Positions 34,567 through 47,590 of a stretch of DNA of 64,000 nt are shown here, piece after piece. The position numbers were made by a program, and so were the translations under genes. Each line of letters opens with the position of its first letter. Within the stretch, counting starts at the first letter, position 1. The notes beneath the pieces are model-generated. The model was not told where the DNA came from. It did no database searches and was given only the letters and a program-made list of their open reading frames with translations. The stretch is from an uncultured delta proteobacterium (GTDB lineage: Bacteria; Myxococcota_A; Polyangia; Polyangiales; Polyangiaceae): NCBI GenBank assembly GCA_963806225.1, contig CAWDXG010000004.1, forward strand, positions 544,001-608,000, given 5' to 3'.

Positions 34567-35514
34567 CTACTTCACCGTGACCGTGCGCAGGCTCACGATC
34601 ACGAGCGCGTCGTCACCCGGGTAGCGGCCCCAGATGCTCACTTCGAACCGGCCCGGCTGGCGATGGTCGTCGAGCGGCACGTCGATCTTGAAGCTCCGCC
34701 CCGAGACCTGCACGGGCTTCGGCGTCTTGTAGCCCGCCGGGAAGTAGAGCGCGAACGGCTCCGGCACCGTGTAGAGCGACGTCGAGTTGAGCTTCGCCGC
34801 GCTCATCGGCTTCATCGGCGCGATGCGCGCGATGCCGATGCCGCCGAAATCGACCGGCTTGTCCAGCGTACCCGCCACGTGAACGCTCTGGCCGACGTGC
34901 GCGCGCCGGGGCAGCGCCTCGTAGTCCCCGTAGTGGTCGACGAACTCCTGTGACATGCAGGGCTGGTCGATGCCTTCGGGCTTCGCCAACCCGACACCCA
35001 GCTTGTTGTGCGTCGCCTTGAGGATGTTCTTGCGATGCCCGTCGTTGGGCGGCGTCTCGTTGATGAACGCGCGCTCGATCTTCTCGAGGGCGATCGGATC
35101 GAACATCGGCGCCGGATCGAGTTTGCGCTTCTGACCGTCGAAGAAGCACGCTGCGTTCTCCTGCACCATGTCGCTGCCGCCGGCCTCGGTGTAGCGCTGC
35201 TCCGGTACCGAGCCATCGCTGCCCCAGTGCGCCGTGTAGCCGTGCTCCGACATGTCCTCGGCGTGCCGCTGGCCGGCGCGGTTCGCGATGTCGTCGAGCT
35301 CGACGGGATCGAGCCCCTGCGCGGCACGGTCGCGGTTGACGAGCGCGAGCACGTACTTGCGCGCCTCGTCGAGCCCGAGCGGCCCTGCAGGGCGCTCTAC
35401 CGGTTCCGACGCGCCCGGCGAGCTCGAGCCAGCGCCGCCGCGACGGCAACCCGCGCAAAGCAGCGTGAGCAGGAACACCACGACAAGGCCTGGACGCGAG
35501 GCGAGCGGCAACAC
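34567..35514 (-). CDS. CAP/SCP-domain lipoprotein
   Basis: LVNRDRA, AGQRHAEDM, HWGSDG, EN, GHRKNIL, LGVG; GTG start inferred. Confidence 0.85.
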   Translation of the reverse strand: MLPLASRPGLVVVFLLTLLCAGCRRGGAGSSSPGASEPVERPAGPLGLDEARKYVLALVNRDRAAQGLDPVELDDIANRAGQRHAEDMSEHGYTAHWGSDGSVPEQRYTEAGGSDMVQENAACFFDGQKRKLDPAPMFDPIALEKIERAFINETPPNDGHRKNILKATHNKLGVGLAKPEGIDQPCMSQEFVDHYGDYEALPRRAHVGQSVHVAGTLDKPVDFGGIGIARIAPMKPMSAAKLNSTSLYTVPEPFALYFPAGYKTPKPVQVSGRSFKIDVPLDDHRQPGRFEVSIWGRYPGDDALVIVSLRTVTVK

Positions 35515-35637
35515 CTGCCCTATATGCCACAAGCGGTGGACCGCGGCCCAGCGCGGGAAAGCCCGCGCGCCCCGGGTTGTGCCTGGTGCGGGATGCGTTA
35601 CATTCCGCGCCACCCCCCACCGCAAGGACCCACGATC

Positions 35638-36105
35638 ATGCTCGATCTTCCCGATCCCGGCCTGTACCGCACCACCCAGCCCATGCCCGGTCACGAAGAG
35701 ACCTTCCCGGCGGGCGTGCTCGTATATCTCGGGCAGCCGTCCAACGGCGGCGTGAAGTTCGTGGTGCGCCCGGGCCAGAACCGCCGGAATCACTGGTTCT
35801 GGGGAGACCCCACGACTCCGCTGCGCTCGCCTTCCTGGGCCAAGACGCTCAAGGCGCTGCCGTCCGAGGGTTTCTACACCCTACCCAAGACCCTCGAGCT
35901 CGAAGGCGGCGGTCGCTGGCTCAAGAACGCCATCGTCCAGCTCGGCTACAACGAGGCCGGCCAGGGCATCCTGTTCGTTGGCGAGTGGCACGAGGACGAG
36001 GACGAGAACGCCCTGCACTTCAGCGACCACGGCATCATGATCGACGACAGCATGCTCGAACAGCTGCTCTGGGCGCCCATCCTGCCCGTCGACGCATCGT
36101 CGTAG
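35638..36105 (+). CDS. hypothetical protein
   Basis: 155 aa with strong GC3 bias and AAGGA upstream. Confidence 0.7.
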   Translation: MLDLPDPGLYRTTQPMPGHEETFPAGVLVYLGQPSNGGVKFVVRPGQNRRNHWFWGDPTTPLRSPSWAKTLKALPSEGFYTLPKTLELEGGGRWLKNAIVQLGYNEAGQGILFVGEWHEDEDENALHFSDHGIMIDDSMLEQLLWAPILPVDASS

Positions 36106-36175
36106 TAGCAACGCTGTAGCGCCCTTCGGCGCGAGGGGGGGACCGGACATCGATCCGCCCCTGATGCTGCCGTCG

Positions 36176-36970
36176 CTACGCCGGGCTCTTGGTGCTCGTG
36201 CGCGGCGCGATGCCGTCGCGCGCCTTGATCATCGCCTTCATCAGGTCGCGGTTCATGCGCGCGATGAACGACACGCTGATGCCCTTCGGGCACACCGCTT
36301 CGCACTCGAAGTGGTTCGTGCAATGGCCGAAGCCCTCGGCGTCCATCTGCGCCACCATCTTGCGCACCCGGTCGAGCCGCTCCGGCTGCCCCTGCGGCAG
36401 GAGCCCCAGGTGGCCGACCTTCGCGGCGGTGAACAGGCTCGCCGAAGCGTTCGGGCACGCCGCCACGCAGGCGCCGCAGCCAATGCACGCCGCCGCGTCC
36501 ATCGCCAGGTCCGAGTCGCCCTTCGCGATGGGCACCTCGTTGGCGTCCTGCGCGCTGCCGGTGGACACCGAGATATAGCCACCCGCCGCGACGATGCGGT
36601 CGAACGCGCTGCGGTCGACGATCAGGTCCTTGATCACCGGGAACGCCTTGGAGCGCCAGGGCTCGATGGTGATCTCGTCGCCCTCCTTGAAATTCCGCAT
36701 GTGCAGCTGACACGCGGTCGTCCTCGACTGCGGACCATGCGCGACGCCGTTGATCACCACGCCGCACATGCCGCAGATGCCCTCGCGGCAGTCGTGGTCG
36801 AAGGCGATCGGATCCTCGCCCTTCTCGATCAGGCCCTCGTTCACCACATCGAGCATCTCGAGGAACGACATGTGGCTGTTGATGCCCTTGGCATCGTAGC
36901 GCTTGAAGCCACCCTGATCCTTCGGGCCGGCCTGCCGCCACACGTGCAGCACGAGGTTCATCGTCGCCAT
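36176..36970 (-). CDS. sdhB: succinate dehydrogenase/fumarate reductase Fe-S subunit
   Basis: [31 protein letters not shown]. Confidence 0.95.
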   Translation of the reverse strand: MATMNLVLHVWRQAGPKDQGGFKRYDAKGINSHMSFLEMLDVVNEGLIEKGEDPIAFDHDCREGICGMCGVVINGVAHGPQSRTTACQLHMRNFKEGDEITIEPWRSKAFPVIKDLIVDRSAFDRIVAAGGYISVSTGSAQDANEVPIAKGDSDLAMDAAACIGCGACVAACPNASASLFTAAKVGHLGLLPQGQPERLDRVRKMVAQMDAEGFGHCTNHFECEAVCPKGISVSFIARMNRDLMKAMIKARDGIAPRTSTKSPA

Positions 36971-36971
36971 T

Positions 36972-38900
<1,929 letters not shown>

Positions 38901-38912
38901 GTCGTGCTCCCG

Positions 38913-39578
38913 CTACCTGACGATCCCGAGCAGAACCGAGATCGGAAAGGAAATGTTGCCCAGGGTGACGACAAGCGCGAACGTCTTGGCGATGCCGCGC
39001 GCCCGGTCGTTGTGCCGCGGGTGGTTCATGCCCAGGGTCTGCAGCAGACTGACTCCTCCGTGGTAGAGGTGGAAGCCCAGCGCCAGGTTGCCCACGATGT
39101 AGATGGCGGCGACCCACGGAATGCTGAAGCCGTTGACCACGTTGGCGTAGACGTTGGTCGCGCTCTCAACGTAGTTGCCCATCGACACGCCAGGGATCGT
39201 GAAGTGCACCAGGTGGTAGACGATGAACAGGAACAGGGTCGGCCCGGTCCAGATCATCGTCTTCGACGCGTAGTTCGCCGCGATGCTCTTCTTCACGCGG
39301 TAGCCCGTGCCACGCGCCGAGAGCGAGCGGTCGTAGAGCTGCACGGTGGTGATGACGTGCAGCACCACACTCAGCGCCAGCACGATGCGCACCGGCCACA
39401 ACAGCTCCGGCAGGCTCTTGAGCGTGTGGGCGTAGTGGTTCAGCTGCACCGGCCCCATGTACAGCTGCATGTTGCCGATCATGTGACCGATCACGAACCC
39501 GAACAGCACGAGCCCGGTGACCGCCATGACGGCCTTCTTGCCGATGGTCGTGTCGTATAGCGTCAGCGCCTTGTCCAT
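38913..39578 (-). CDS. sdhC: succinate dehydrogenase cytochrome b558 subunit
   Basis: GKKAVMAVTG, five TMs with heme-ligand His residues, HLYHG..SLLQTLG. Confidence 0.92.
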   Translation of the reverse strand: MDKALTLYDTTIGKKAVMAVTGLVLFGFVIGHMIGNMQLYMGPVQLNHYAHTLKSLPELLWPVRIVLALSVVLHVITTVQLYDRSLSARGTGYRVKKSIAANYASKTMIWTGPTLFLFIVYHLVHFTIPGVSMGNYVESATNVYANVVNGFSIPWVAAIYIVGNLALGFHLYHGGVSLLQTLGMNHPRHNDRARGIAKTFALVVTLGNISFPISVLLGIVR

Positions 39579-39842
39579 CTTGTTTCCCTGGGGGCCGGGT
39601 GCCGGGACGGACCGCGACCCGGGTTTCCTCTACTCCATCCGGCGCGTCCTACGCTAGTGCTAGCGCGCGGCCGGATTGACATCCGCCCCATCGGAAGCCG
39701 CTTGGACGGCCTCTCCGGGCACGGATGGCGCGAAATCTGCAGAGCCTCGTGCGCCTTGTCAAACCCCCAGCGCAGGGGTTTCGCTGGGCTGCTGGCGGCC
39801 TAATCATGGGCCCGCCAGCACTTCTTGAGAGAGGGCAACGCC

Positions 39843-41279
39843 ATGGATCTGGTCTTCCTGTCGCGACTGCAGTTCGCGCTGACCATCATGTTCCACTACC
39901 TCTTCCCGCCGCTCTCGATCGGGCTGGGGCTGATCATGGTCATCATCGAGGCCCGCTTCCTCAGGACCGGTGACCCCGCGTACGAGGCCCTGGCGCGCTT
40001 CTGGACGCGGATCTTCGCCGTCAACTTCGCCGTCGGCGTCGCCACAGGCATCGTGATGGAGTTCGAGTTCGGCACCAACTGGGCCACCTACTCGCGCTTC
40101 GTCGGCGACGTGTTCGGCTCCGCGCTCGCCGCCGAGGGCATCTTCGCTTTCTTCCTCGAGTCCGGCTTCCTCGCCGTGCTCGTGTTCGGCTGGGATCGTG
40201 TCTCCCGCCGCACGCACTTCTTCGCCACGCTGATGGTCTTCCTCGGCTCGATGTTCTCGGCCGTGTGGATCGTGATCGCCAACTCGTGGCAACAGACGCC
40301 GGCGGGCTTCCACATCGTCGGGCACGGCGCCGAGGCGCGCGCCGAGATCACGGACTTCTGGGCGATGGTGTTCAATCCGTCCAGCGTGCACCGGCTCGGT
40401 CACGTGCTGCTCGGCAGCTTCATCCAGGGCGCGTTCTTCGTCCTCAGCGTGTGCGCCTGGTACATCCTGAAGAAGCAGCACGAGGACCTCGCGAAGAAGA
40501 GCTTCCGCATCGCGCTCGTAGTTGCCGCCGCCAGCAGCGTCGCCATCCTGGTCTCCGGGCACGAGCAGGCTCGCGCAGTAGCCGTGAACCAGCCCGCCAA
40601 GCTCGCGGCTTTCGAAGGGCACTTCAGGAGCGAGCCCGGCGGCACCGGCATGTACCTGTTCGGCATCCCCGACGTGAAGGCCGAGCGCGTGCGCGACGGC
40701 GTCTCGATACCGGGCATGCTGAGCTACCTGGTCCACGGCAACGCGTCGAAACCCGTGTCGGCGCTCGACCGCTTTCCGGCCGACGAACGTCCTCCCGTCC
40801 AGATCCCGTTCCAGACCTACCACCTGATGGTGGCGCTCGGGATGTTCTTCATCGGCGTCACCCTGCTCGCGCTCTTCCTCTTGTGGAGGAAGCGGCTGTT
40901 TTCGCAGCGCTGGCTGATGTGGGTGTTCGTGGCCGCCGTGCTCGGCCCCATCCTCGCCAACGAGTCGGGCTGGGTCGCCGCGGAAGTCGGGCGGCAGCCG
41001 TGGGTCGTCTACGGTCTGCTTCGCACCAGCGACGCCGTCTCGGCTGTGCTGGTGCCGCAGCAGGTGCTGGCAAGCATCATCATGTTCGGGCTTCTGTATC
41101 TCGCGCTCGGCGTGATCTGGGTGACCGTGCTCCACACCAAGATCCAGCACGGACCGGAACCGGTCGCGGAAGTCACGGAAGCGGGCGACCGCGAGAGCTT
41201 CTTCGATGCCGCGTCGATCCGGCAGGATCACGCACGCGGCTACTCGCTCACCGAGACCGACCACGAGGAGGACAGCTGA
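39843..41279 (+). CDS. cydA: cytochrome bd ubiquinol oxidase subunit I
   Basis: [46 protein letters not shown]. Confidence 0.96.
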   Translation: MDLVFLSRLQFALTIMFHYLFPPLSIGLGLIMVIIEARFLRTGDPAYEALARFWTRIFAVNFAVGVATGIVMEFEFGTNWATYSRFVGDVFGSALAAEGIFAFFLESGFLAVLVFGWDRVSRRTHFFATLMVFLGSMFSAVWIVIANSWQQTPAGFHIVGHGAEARAEITDFWAMVFNPSSVHRLGHVLLGSFIQGAFFVLSVCAWYILKKQHEDLAKKSFRIALVVAAASSVAILVSGHEQARAVAVNQPAKLAAFEGHFRSEPGGTGMYLFGIPDVKAERVRDGVSIPGMLSYLVHGNASKPVSALDRFPADERPPVQIPFQTYHLMVALGMFFIGVTLLALFLLWRKRLFSQRWLMWVFVAAVLGPILANESGWVAAEVGRQPWVVYGLLRTSDAVSAVLVPQQVLASIIMFGLLYLALGVIWVTVLHTKIQHGPEPVAEVTEAGDRESFFDAASIRQDHARGYSLTETDHEEDS

Positions 41280-42295
41280 TGGACCTGCACATGCTGTGGT
41301 TCTTCCTGCTCGGTGTGCTGCTCACCGGCTACGCCATCCTCGACGGCTTCGACCTCGGCGTCGGCATGCTGCACCTGATGGTGCGAGGCGACGAGGAACG
41401 CCGCATCGTCATCAACTCGATCGGCCCGCTCTGGGACGGCAACGAGGTGTGGCTGGTCACGTTCGGCGGCGGGCTGTTCGCTGCCTTTCCGGTCGTCTAC
41501 GCCACCGCGCTCAGCGCATTCTATCTGCCGTTCATGGTCCTGCTCGCGTCGCTGATCGGACGCGCCATTTCCATCGAATTCCGCAGCAAGCGCGACTCGC
41601 GGCTGTGGCGCGGCTATTGGGACGTGTCATTCTCGCTGGCCAGCGCGACCGCGGCATTCGTGTTCGGCGTGGCCGTCGGCAACGCCATCAAGGGCATTCC
41701 GATCGGGCCCGATCACGAGTTCGCCGGCCGCCTTTCCGACCTGCTCGGCCCCTACCCGCTGCTGGTCGGCGCGCTCGCCGTCGCCGGCTGCGCCATGCAC
41801 GGCTCCATCTACCTGTACCTGAAGACAGAAGGCGAGCTGCAGCAGCGCATCCATCGCTGGATGTGGCGCACCTTCGGCCTGTTCCTCGTGCTCTACCTGC
41901 TGGTCACGATCTTCACCCTGATCGACGTGCCGCATGCGACCAACAACTTCCAGCGCCTGCCGCTCGGCTGGGTCGTCGTACTGCTGAACGTGCTGGCGAT
42001 CGCCAACATCCCCCGCGCCATCCACCAGGGCCGCCCCGCCTACGCGTTCATCTCCTCGTGCTGCACCATCGCCGCGCTCGTGTTCCTGTTCGGCATGGCG
42101 CTCTACCCGAACCTGCTCGTGTCCGCCGAAAACCCCGACTTCAGCCTCACCATCTACAACGCGGCTTCCAGCGAGCGCACGCTCGGCATCATGCGCACCA
42201 TCGCCTTTATCGGCATGCCGTTCGTCGCGACCTACACGGCCATCGTCTACTGGGTCTTCCGCGGCAAGACCCGCCTCGACAAATCCAGCTACTGA
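41279..42295 (+). CDS. cydB: cytochrome bd ubiquinol oxidase subunit II
   Basis: LDGFDLGVG, GPLWDGNEVWL, EFRSK; TGATG overlap with cydA. Confidence 0.96.
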   Translation: MDLHMLWFFLLGVLLTGYAILDGFDLGVGMLHLMVRGDEERRIVINSIGPLWDGNEVWLVTFGGGLFAAFPVVYATALSAFYLPFMVLLASLIGRAISIEFRSKRDSRLWRGYWDVSFSLASATAAFVFGVAVGNAIKGIPIGPDHEFAGRLSDLLGPYPLLVGALAVAGCAMHGSIYLYLKTEGELQQRIHRWMWRTFGLFLVLYLLVTIFTLIDVPHATNNFQRLPLGWVVVLLNVLAIANIPRAIHQGRPAYAFISSCCTIAALVFLFGMALYPNLLVSAENPDFSLTIYNAASSERTLGIMRTIAFIGMPFVATYTAIVYWVFRGKTRLDKSSY

Positions 42296-42303
42296 CAAAC
42301 GCG

Positions 42304-42337
42304 AAAACCGCCGCGCAGCACCAGGCCGCACGGCGGT
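42304..42337 (-). terminator. rho-independent terminator of sod
   Basis: Minus strand accgccgtgcggc-loop-gctgcgcggcggt followed by a T run; lies between convergent cydB and sod. Confidence 0.6.
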
Positions 42338-42354
42338 CGTCGGGGTAGCAGGAG

Positions 42355-42945
42355 CTACTTGGCGGCCTTGAGGTTCTTCGCGACGTTGTCCCAGTTGATG
42401 AGCTTGTCGGTGAAGACCTCGAGGAACTTGGCGCGGGCGTTGCGGTGGTCGAGGTAGTAGGCGTGCTCCCACACGTCGGTGGTGAGCAGCGGGGTGGCCG
42501 GCGTGGTGAGCGGCGTCTCGGCGTTGGGCGTCGTCAGGATCTTGCCCTTGCCGCCGTCGAGCACCAGCCACACGTAGCCCGACCCGAAGCGACCCGCGCC
42601 GTCCTTGTGCCACTGGGCGCGGAACTGATCCCAGCCGCCGAAGTCGCGGTTGATCAGATCGGCCACGTCGCCGGCCGGAGGAGCGCCGCCGCCACCGGCC
42701 TTCATCCCCTCCCAGAAGAACGTGTGGTTCCACACCTGCGCAGCGTTGTTGAACACTCCGCCGGAGCTGGACTTGATGACCTCTTCGAGGGTCTTCTGTG
42801 CCTCGGGCTTGCCCTCGAGAGCAGCCTTCAGCTTGTTCATGTAGCCCTTGTGGTGCTTCTCGTAGTGGAACTCGAGCGTCTCCTGCGACATCGCAGGGGC
42901 GAGGGCATCCTTGGAGTACGGAAGCGGCGGTACCTCGAATTTCAT
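42355..42945 (-). CDS. sodB: Fe/Mn superoxide dismutase (Fe-type signature)
   Basis: HYEKHH, FNNAAQVWNH, RFGSG, DVWEHAYY. Confidence 0.93.
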   Translation of the reverse strand: MKFEVPPLPYSKDALAPAMSQETLEFHYEKHHKGYMNKLKAALEGKPEAQKTLEEVIKSSSGGVFNNAAQVWNHTFFWEGMKAGGGGAPPAGDVADLINRDFGGWDQFRAQWHKDGAGRFGSGYVWLVLDGGKGKILTTPNAETPLTTPATPLLTTDVWEHAYYLDHRNARAKFLEVFTDKLINWDNVAKNLKAAK

Positions 42946-43252
42946 CGTTGTGGCTCCTTTTGTCGGCTTTTTCGTCGGGTTCGAGGGGGCGAACCTGGGT
43001 CCGTGCCCCCCCACTGTCAAGCAGGCGCCCCGGGCCGACCCGGCAAAAGCGGCGGGGATCCGGGTGCTTCCGCGCCACGCGGCGCAGCGGGGATAGTCCT
43101 TACGTAACGTTGGGCCAGGACGCAATGCCGGCCGGCCGTTGGGGGGTGTTTTCCGCCGCTCCGCCCCCGGCGACACCTCCAACGGGCCACCCGCCGGCCG
43201 GAGCGCGCGACGCCCTTGTAGCCTTTCACCAGAGCGGGCAGTCTGCGCGCCC

Positions 43253-43738
43253 GTGAGCACGGATCGGACGGCGGAGGGCGAGCCGGACAGCGCGCTGGTT
43301 CCGCTGCGCAAGGAAGACGGCCGCCCGATTGTACACGCGGGTTTCGTGCGCGGACTCCGCGTGGTCGCCGAGGCGGTGTTCGCCACCGCGTCCGGCGCCC
43401 CCCCGGCGGACCGTATGGATTGGCTGGCGCTCGAGCTCGAGGACTTCCTTGCGCGCGCGGGCTCACAGACGCGCCTGACGCTCCGGCTGGCGCTGCTGGC
43501 CATCTCGTTCCTGGCGCCGCTGCTGGTGCTCAGGTTCACGTCGCTTTCCCGCATGCCGGTTGCCGAACGCGCACGCGCCATCGGGCGGCTCGAACACAGC
43601 TCGCTCGGCGCTCCCGTGCTGGCGATCAAGGCGCTGCTCTGCGTCCTGTACTACGAGCATCCCGACGCCGCCGAGGAGATCGGCTTCGACGGACAGTGTC
43701 TCTTGCCGGGCCCGGGGGGACCACAGCATGCCCGGTGA
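43253..43738 (+). CDS. small partner of GMC oxidoreductase (gluconate-2-dehydrogenase subunit 3-like)
   Basis: RFTSL..ERAR..K..LYYE..IGFDG pattern; overlaps the GMC start. Confidence 0.6.
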   Translation: MSTDRTAEGEPDSALVPLRKEDGRPIVHAGFVRGLRVVAEAVFATASGAPPADRMDWLALELEDFLARAGSQTRLTLRLALLAISFLAPLLVLRFTSLSRMPVAERARAIGRLEHSSLGAPVLAIKALLCVLYYEHPDAAEEIGFDGQCLLPGPGGPQHAR

Positions 43739-45281
43739 CAGACTTGCGACGCGCGGCGGTGGGGTCGTGCAGGCGAGCGGGCTCGAAGGGGATCTCGAGC
43801 TGGAGGCGGATGTCGTCATCGTCGGCTCCGGCGCGGGAGGCGCGGTGGTCGCCTGCGAGCTGGCCGAGGCCGGTCAGGACGTGATCGTGCTGGAAGAGGG
43901 AGGCCATGTGCCGCCGGAGCGCTACGGCAGCATGCGCCCGAGCGAGACGATGCGGCACATGTGGCGCGACGCGGGCCTCACCTTCGCCCTCGGCCTGGGC
44001 GACACGCCGATGGTCAACGTGATGATGGGCCGCTGCATCGGCGGCTCGTCCGTGCTGACAGGCGGGGTGTGTTTCCGGATCCCGGGCTCGATCCTGCGCG
44101 AGTGGTCGGAAGACCTCGGTCTCGTCGAGCTCACCGAGAGGGGCATGGAGCCCTGCTTCGAAGCGGTCGAGAAGGCCATCCACGTCGAACAGGTGCCGGA
44201 GCACATGCGCTCGCAGTCGACGCTGCGCTTCCTCGAAGGCGCCCAGCGCCTGGGCTATCCGACCAAGCCGCTGCGCCGCAACACGCACGGCTGCAACGGC
44301 TGCGGGCGCTGCAACTTCGGCTGCCCCCACGGCGCGAAGCTGAGCGTGGACGTGAGCTACCTGCCCCGCGCCATGGCAGCGGGCGCGCGCGTGTACTCGG
44401 ACTGCCGCGTGGAGACGATCACGCGGCGGAACGGCCGGGCAAGCGGCGTGGTTGGGCGCGTGCTGTCCGGCGCGCGCGGGCGGAAGCTCGGACGCCTGCG
44501 TGTGCGTGCACGCCGTGTGGTCGTTGCGGCCGGCGCGTACGGCTCGCCGCTGCTGCTCGCCAGGAGCGGCGTCGGATTGGGCTCGGGCCAGGTGGGCAAG
44601 AACCTCACGCTGCATCCGGGCTTCCGCGTGATGGCGCGCTTCGACGAGAAGATCGAAGGCTGGAAGGGCGCGCTCCAGAGCGCCTACAGCGACGCTTTCG
44701 AGGACGAGCGCATCACGCTGGTGGGGCTGTTCGTTCCGCCGGGCGTATTGGCAGCGACCATGCCCGGGGTCGGCAGCGAGCACGTCCAGCGCGCTCGTTC
44801 GGTGCCGCACCTCGGCATCTTCGGCGGCATGATCCACGACGACGGCGGCGGCGCCATCCGCGAGGTCTTCGGCCGGCCCGTCATGACCTACCGCATGTCG
44901 TCCCGCGACCGCGCCGCGGTCCCGAAGCTGATGCGCCACATGGCGGAGATCTTCTTCGCCGGCGGCGCGAAGGAAGTCTTCCTGCCGGTGCTCGGTCTGG
45001 GCGGTATCGACGCGGATAGGCTGCGCATACTGGACCTCGAGCACGTGCCCGGCCGGCAGCTGGAATGCGGCTCGCAGCATCCACTGGGCACCTGTCGCAT
45101 GGGCGTGTCGCCGCGCGGCTCGGTCGTGGATCCGGACGGGCAGGCCTGGGATCTGCCGGAGCTATTCGTAGCGGACGGAAGCATCCTGCCCACGAGCCTG
45201 GGCGTGAATCCGCAGCTTTCCATCATGAGCATGGCCACGCGCATAGCCTGGAAGCTGCGCGAACGGCCCCTGCCCGGTTGA
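43728..45281 (+). CDS. GMC-family FAD oxidoreductase
   Basis: IVGSGAGG, GGSS, CNGCGRCNFGCPHGAK, HPLGTCRMG, DGSILPTSLGVNP. Confidence 0.92.
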   Translation: MPGDRLATRGGGVVQASGLEGDLELEADVVIVGSGAGGAVVACELAEAGQDVIVLEEGGHVPPERYGSMRPSETMRHMWRDAGLTFALGLGDTPMVNVMMGRCIGGSSVLTGGVCFRIPGSILREWSEDLGLVELTERGMEPCFEAVEKAIHVEQVPEHMRSQSTLRFLEGAQRLGYPTKPLRRNTHGCNGCGRCNFGCPHGAKLSVDVSYLPRAMAAGARVYSDCRVETITRRNGRASGVVGRVLSGARGRKLGRLRVRARRVVVAAGAYGSPLLLARSGVGLGSGQVGKNLTLHPGFRVMARFDEKIEGWKGALQSAYSDAFEDERITLVGLFVPPGVLAATMPGVGSEHVQRARSVPHLGIFGGMIHDDGGGAIREVFGRPVMTYRMSSRDRAAVPKLMRHMAEIFFAGGAKEVFLPVLGLGGIDADRLRILDLEHVPGRQLECGSQHPLGTCRMGVSPRGSVVDPDGQAWDLPELFVADGSILPTSLGVNPQLSIMSMATRIAWKLRERPLPG

Positions 45282-46083
45282 ATGGCGCCGACGGGGGAGA
45301 GCCTGGACCATCACGCCTGCAACCTGTCCGCACTCCCCGCGGACCTCGGCGGGCGCTTCGTGCAGCTCGCACGCGGCAGCGAAGCGTCGTTCGACGCACT
45401 GCGCGCGCGGCGGCACGGCGTCTGGAAGACGCGCCTGCATTCGCTGATGCGCTATTTCCTGTCGGACTTCGACGTGAACGGCCTGCTCGGCATGTATGCG
45501 ATGCATCTGCTGGACACGCCGCAATGGGAGCAGCTGCTCGGCCCGCCCGGCCAGGAGCGACTGATCGATGTCGGCGCGGGCTCCGGCAACGTCACGAGCA
45601 CGCTGGCGCCGCTGTTCGGAACGGTGGCCACCACGGAGAACGTCCTGGGCCATGGCCCGGCGCCTCGAACGACGCGGCTACCTGTGCTTCCGCGTCGACG
45701 TGGCGGAGAGCGGGATCCCGGACGAGCCGTGGGATGCGATCAGCTGCCTGAACGTGCTCGACCGCTGCGCGCGCCCGCTGTCGCTGCTGCGGCGGCTCGC
45801 CGGGGCTCTCGCTCCGGGAGGACGACTGGTGCTGTCGATGCCCCTACCCTACGTGCCGATCGTGTTCGACGGCGGCGTCACGCGCGAACCCAGCGAGCCG
45901 CTTCCCCTGGCGGATTGCGCGAGCTGGGAGGCAGGCGTCGCTGCGCTCGTCGAGCGCGTGCTCTCGCCGACGGGCCTGGAAGTACAGCGCTTCGCACGCG
46001 CGCCCTACGCGTCGGCCGGCGATGCCCACCAGCCGCTGTACGTGCTGGACAACGTCGTCATGGTGTGCAGGATCCGTACGTGA
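45282..46083 (+). CDS. METTL9/DREV-like class I SAM methyltransferase (apparent +1 frameshift near 45639)
   Basis: YFLSDFDVNGLLG..M..QWEQLL..RLIDVGAGSG.V...F..V.TTE / S.AM..RL..RGY..WDAISCLNVLDRC.RP..LL...L.PGGRLVL..LPY. Confidence 0.82.
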
Positions 46084-47120
46084 CCGATCGCGTACCCGTC
46101 GACCCTGCCCTGGCAGCGCGCGTGGCGCCGCGCCTGCTCTCGTCGCTCGCGCGTGAGTACCCGAACAAGATGGCGCATGTGCTGTCGAGCGACGCCGACG
46201 TGCGACCTCCGCGCGAGCTCACGCCGGCGTTCTACGGCTGCTTCGACTGGCACTCGGCCGTGCACAGCCACTGGGCGCTGGCGCGTCTGGCACGCAGCCT
46301 GCCGGACGCGGACTTCGCAGAGGCAGGGCTGGCCGCGCTGGAGCGGACCTTCGAACCCGAGCGCATCGCTGGAGAGCTCCGCCATCTCGGCGCGCCCGGA
46401 CGCGAGGGCTTCGAGCGGCCCTACGGACTGTCCTGGCTGCTGCAGCTCCGCGCGGAGCTCACGGAATGGAGTCACGAAGGCGTGGAGGAACCGGCCCGCT
46501 GGACCAGGGAGATGGGCCCGCTCTGCACACTGGCGGCGCAGCGCCTGGAAAGCTGGCTGGATTCGCTGGTGTATCCGGTGCGCAGCGGCGAGCACCCGCA
46601 GAGCGCCTTCGCAATCGGGCTGTGGCTCGACAGCGTCCCGGACGCCGGGGCGGGGCATATCCGCAAGCGGGTGCTCGCCCTGTACGGAAGCGATCGGGAC
46701 GGCCCGCTGCATCTAGAGCCGTCGGGGTACGACTTCCTTTCACCGTGCCTGGCCGAGGCCGATCTGATGCGCCGGGTGCTCGGGCCCGAGCCGTTTGCGG
46801 CGTGGCTGGACGGCTGGCTGCCCGCCCTGCGGGATCCAGCCGCGTTCGCGCTGGATCCGGTGTGTTGCCCGGACCCGTCCGACGGCAAGCTGGCCCACCT
46901 GGACGGGCTGAATCTGAGCCGCGCCTGGATGCTGGAAGGCATCGCGGCGGGCCTACCGGAGGACGACCCGCGCCGGCAGCCGCTGCTGGACGCCGCAGCG
47001 CGGCACGCCACGGCCGGTCTCGCGGCCGTGGGCGGCGACCACTACGCGGGCACCCACTGGCTGGGCAGCTTCGCCGTCTACCTGGCGACAGGGCGCGGGC
47101 TACCGCGGACAATGGCGTGA
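46080..47120 (+). CDS. DUF2891 family protein
   Basis: EYPNK..H, PAFYGCFDWHSAVHSHW, FERPYG..W, EPSGYDFLSP, HLDGLNLSRAW, HWLGSFA. Confidence 0.9.
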   Translation: MTDRVPVDPALAARVAPRLLSSLAREYPNKMAHVLSSDADVRPPRELTPAFYGCFDWHSAVHSHWALARLARSLPDADFAEAGLAALERTFEPERIAGELRHLGAPGREGFERPYGLSWLLQLRAELTEWSHEGVEEPARWTREMGPLCTLAAQRLESWLDSLVYPVRSGEHPQSAFAIGLWLDSVPDAGAGHIRKRVLALYGSDRDGPLHLEPSGYDFLSPCLAEADLMRRVLGPEPFAAWLDGWLPALRDPAAFALDPVCCPDPSDGKLAHLDGLNLSRAWMLEGIAAGLPEDDPRRQPLLDAAARHATAGLAAVGGDHYAGTHWLGSFAVYLATGRGLPRTMA

Positions 47121-47248
47121 TCGTCGCACCCGGTTCACACAGCATGTGACCGGAGCACGCAGGCGCGCTATCCTCGGCCCACGGGGATGACTGGCAAGGG
47201 GTCAGGCACAGGTATAGATACGCGTGGACATGTCCGATCCTGCAGGGG

Positions 47249-47590
47249 ATGGTGCGGGGGCTCTTGCCGCTGTACATCCTCGAGCTCTTGAGCCGCGAGG
47301 CGTCGCACGGCATCGGCATCGCAACCACCATCCGGCAGATGAACGGCGGAACGTGGTCTCCTAGCCCTGGCTCGCTCTACCCCACGCTGCGCAAGCTGGA
47401 GCAGCAGGGGCTCATCGCCGGGCGGTGGCACAAGAGCTCCGCGGCGGACAAGCGCGTCTACGAGATCACGCCAGAGGGGCTGAGCGCGCGCGCGCAGCTC
47501 CGCGGCAAACTGCTCGACGAGCTGAGCCTCGCGCGCGACGTGATCGACATCCACTACGCGGCGCTGTCGACCGACGCCCGCGAAGCCTGA
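47249..47590 (+). CDS. PadR-family transcriptional regulator
   Basis: SPGSLYPTLRKLE..GLI..KRVYEITPEG. Confidence 0.88.
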   Translation: MVRGLLPLYILELLSREASHGIGIATTIRQMNGGTWSPSPGSLYPTLRKLEQQGLIAGRWHKSSAADKRVYEITPEGLSARAQLRGKLLDELSLARDVIDIHYAALSTDAREA

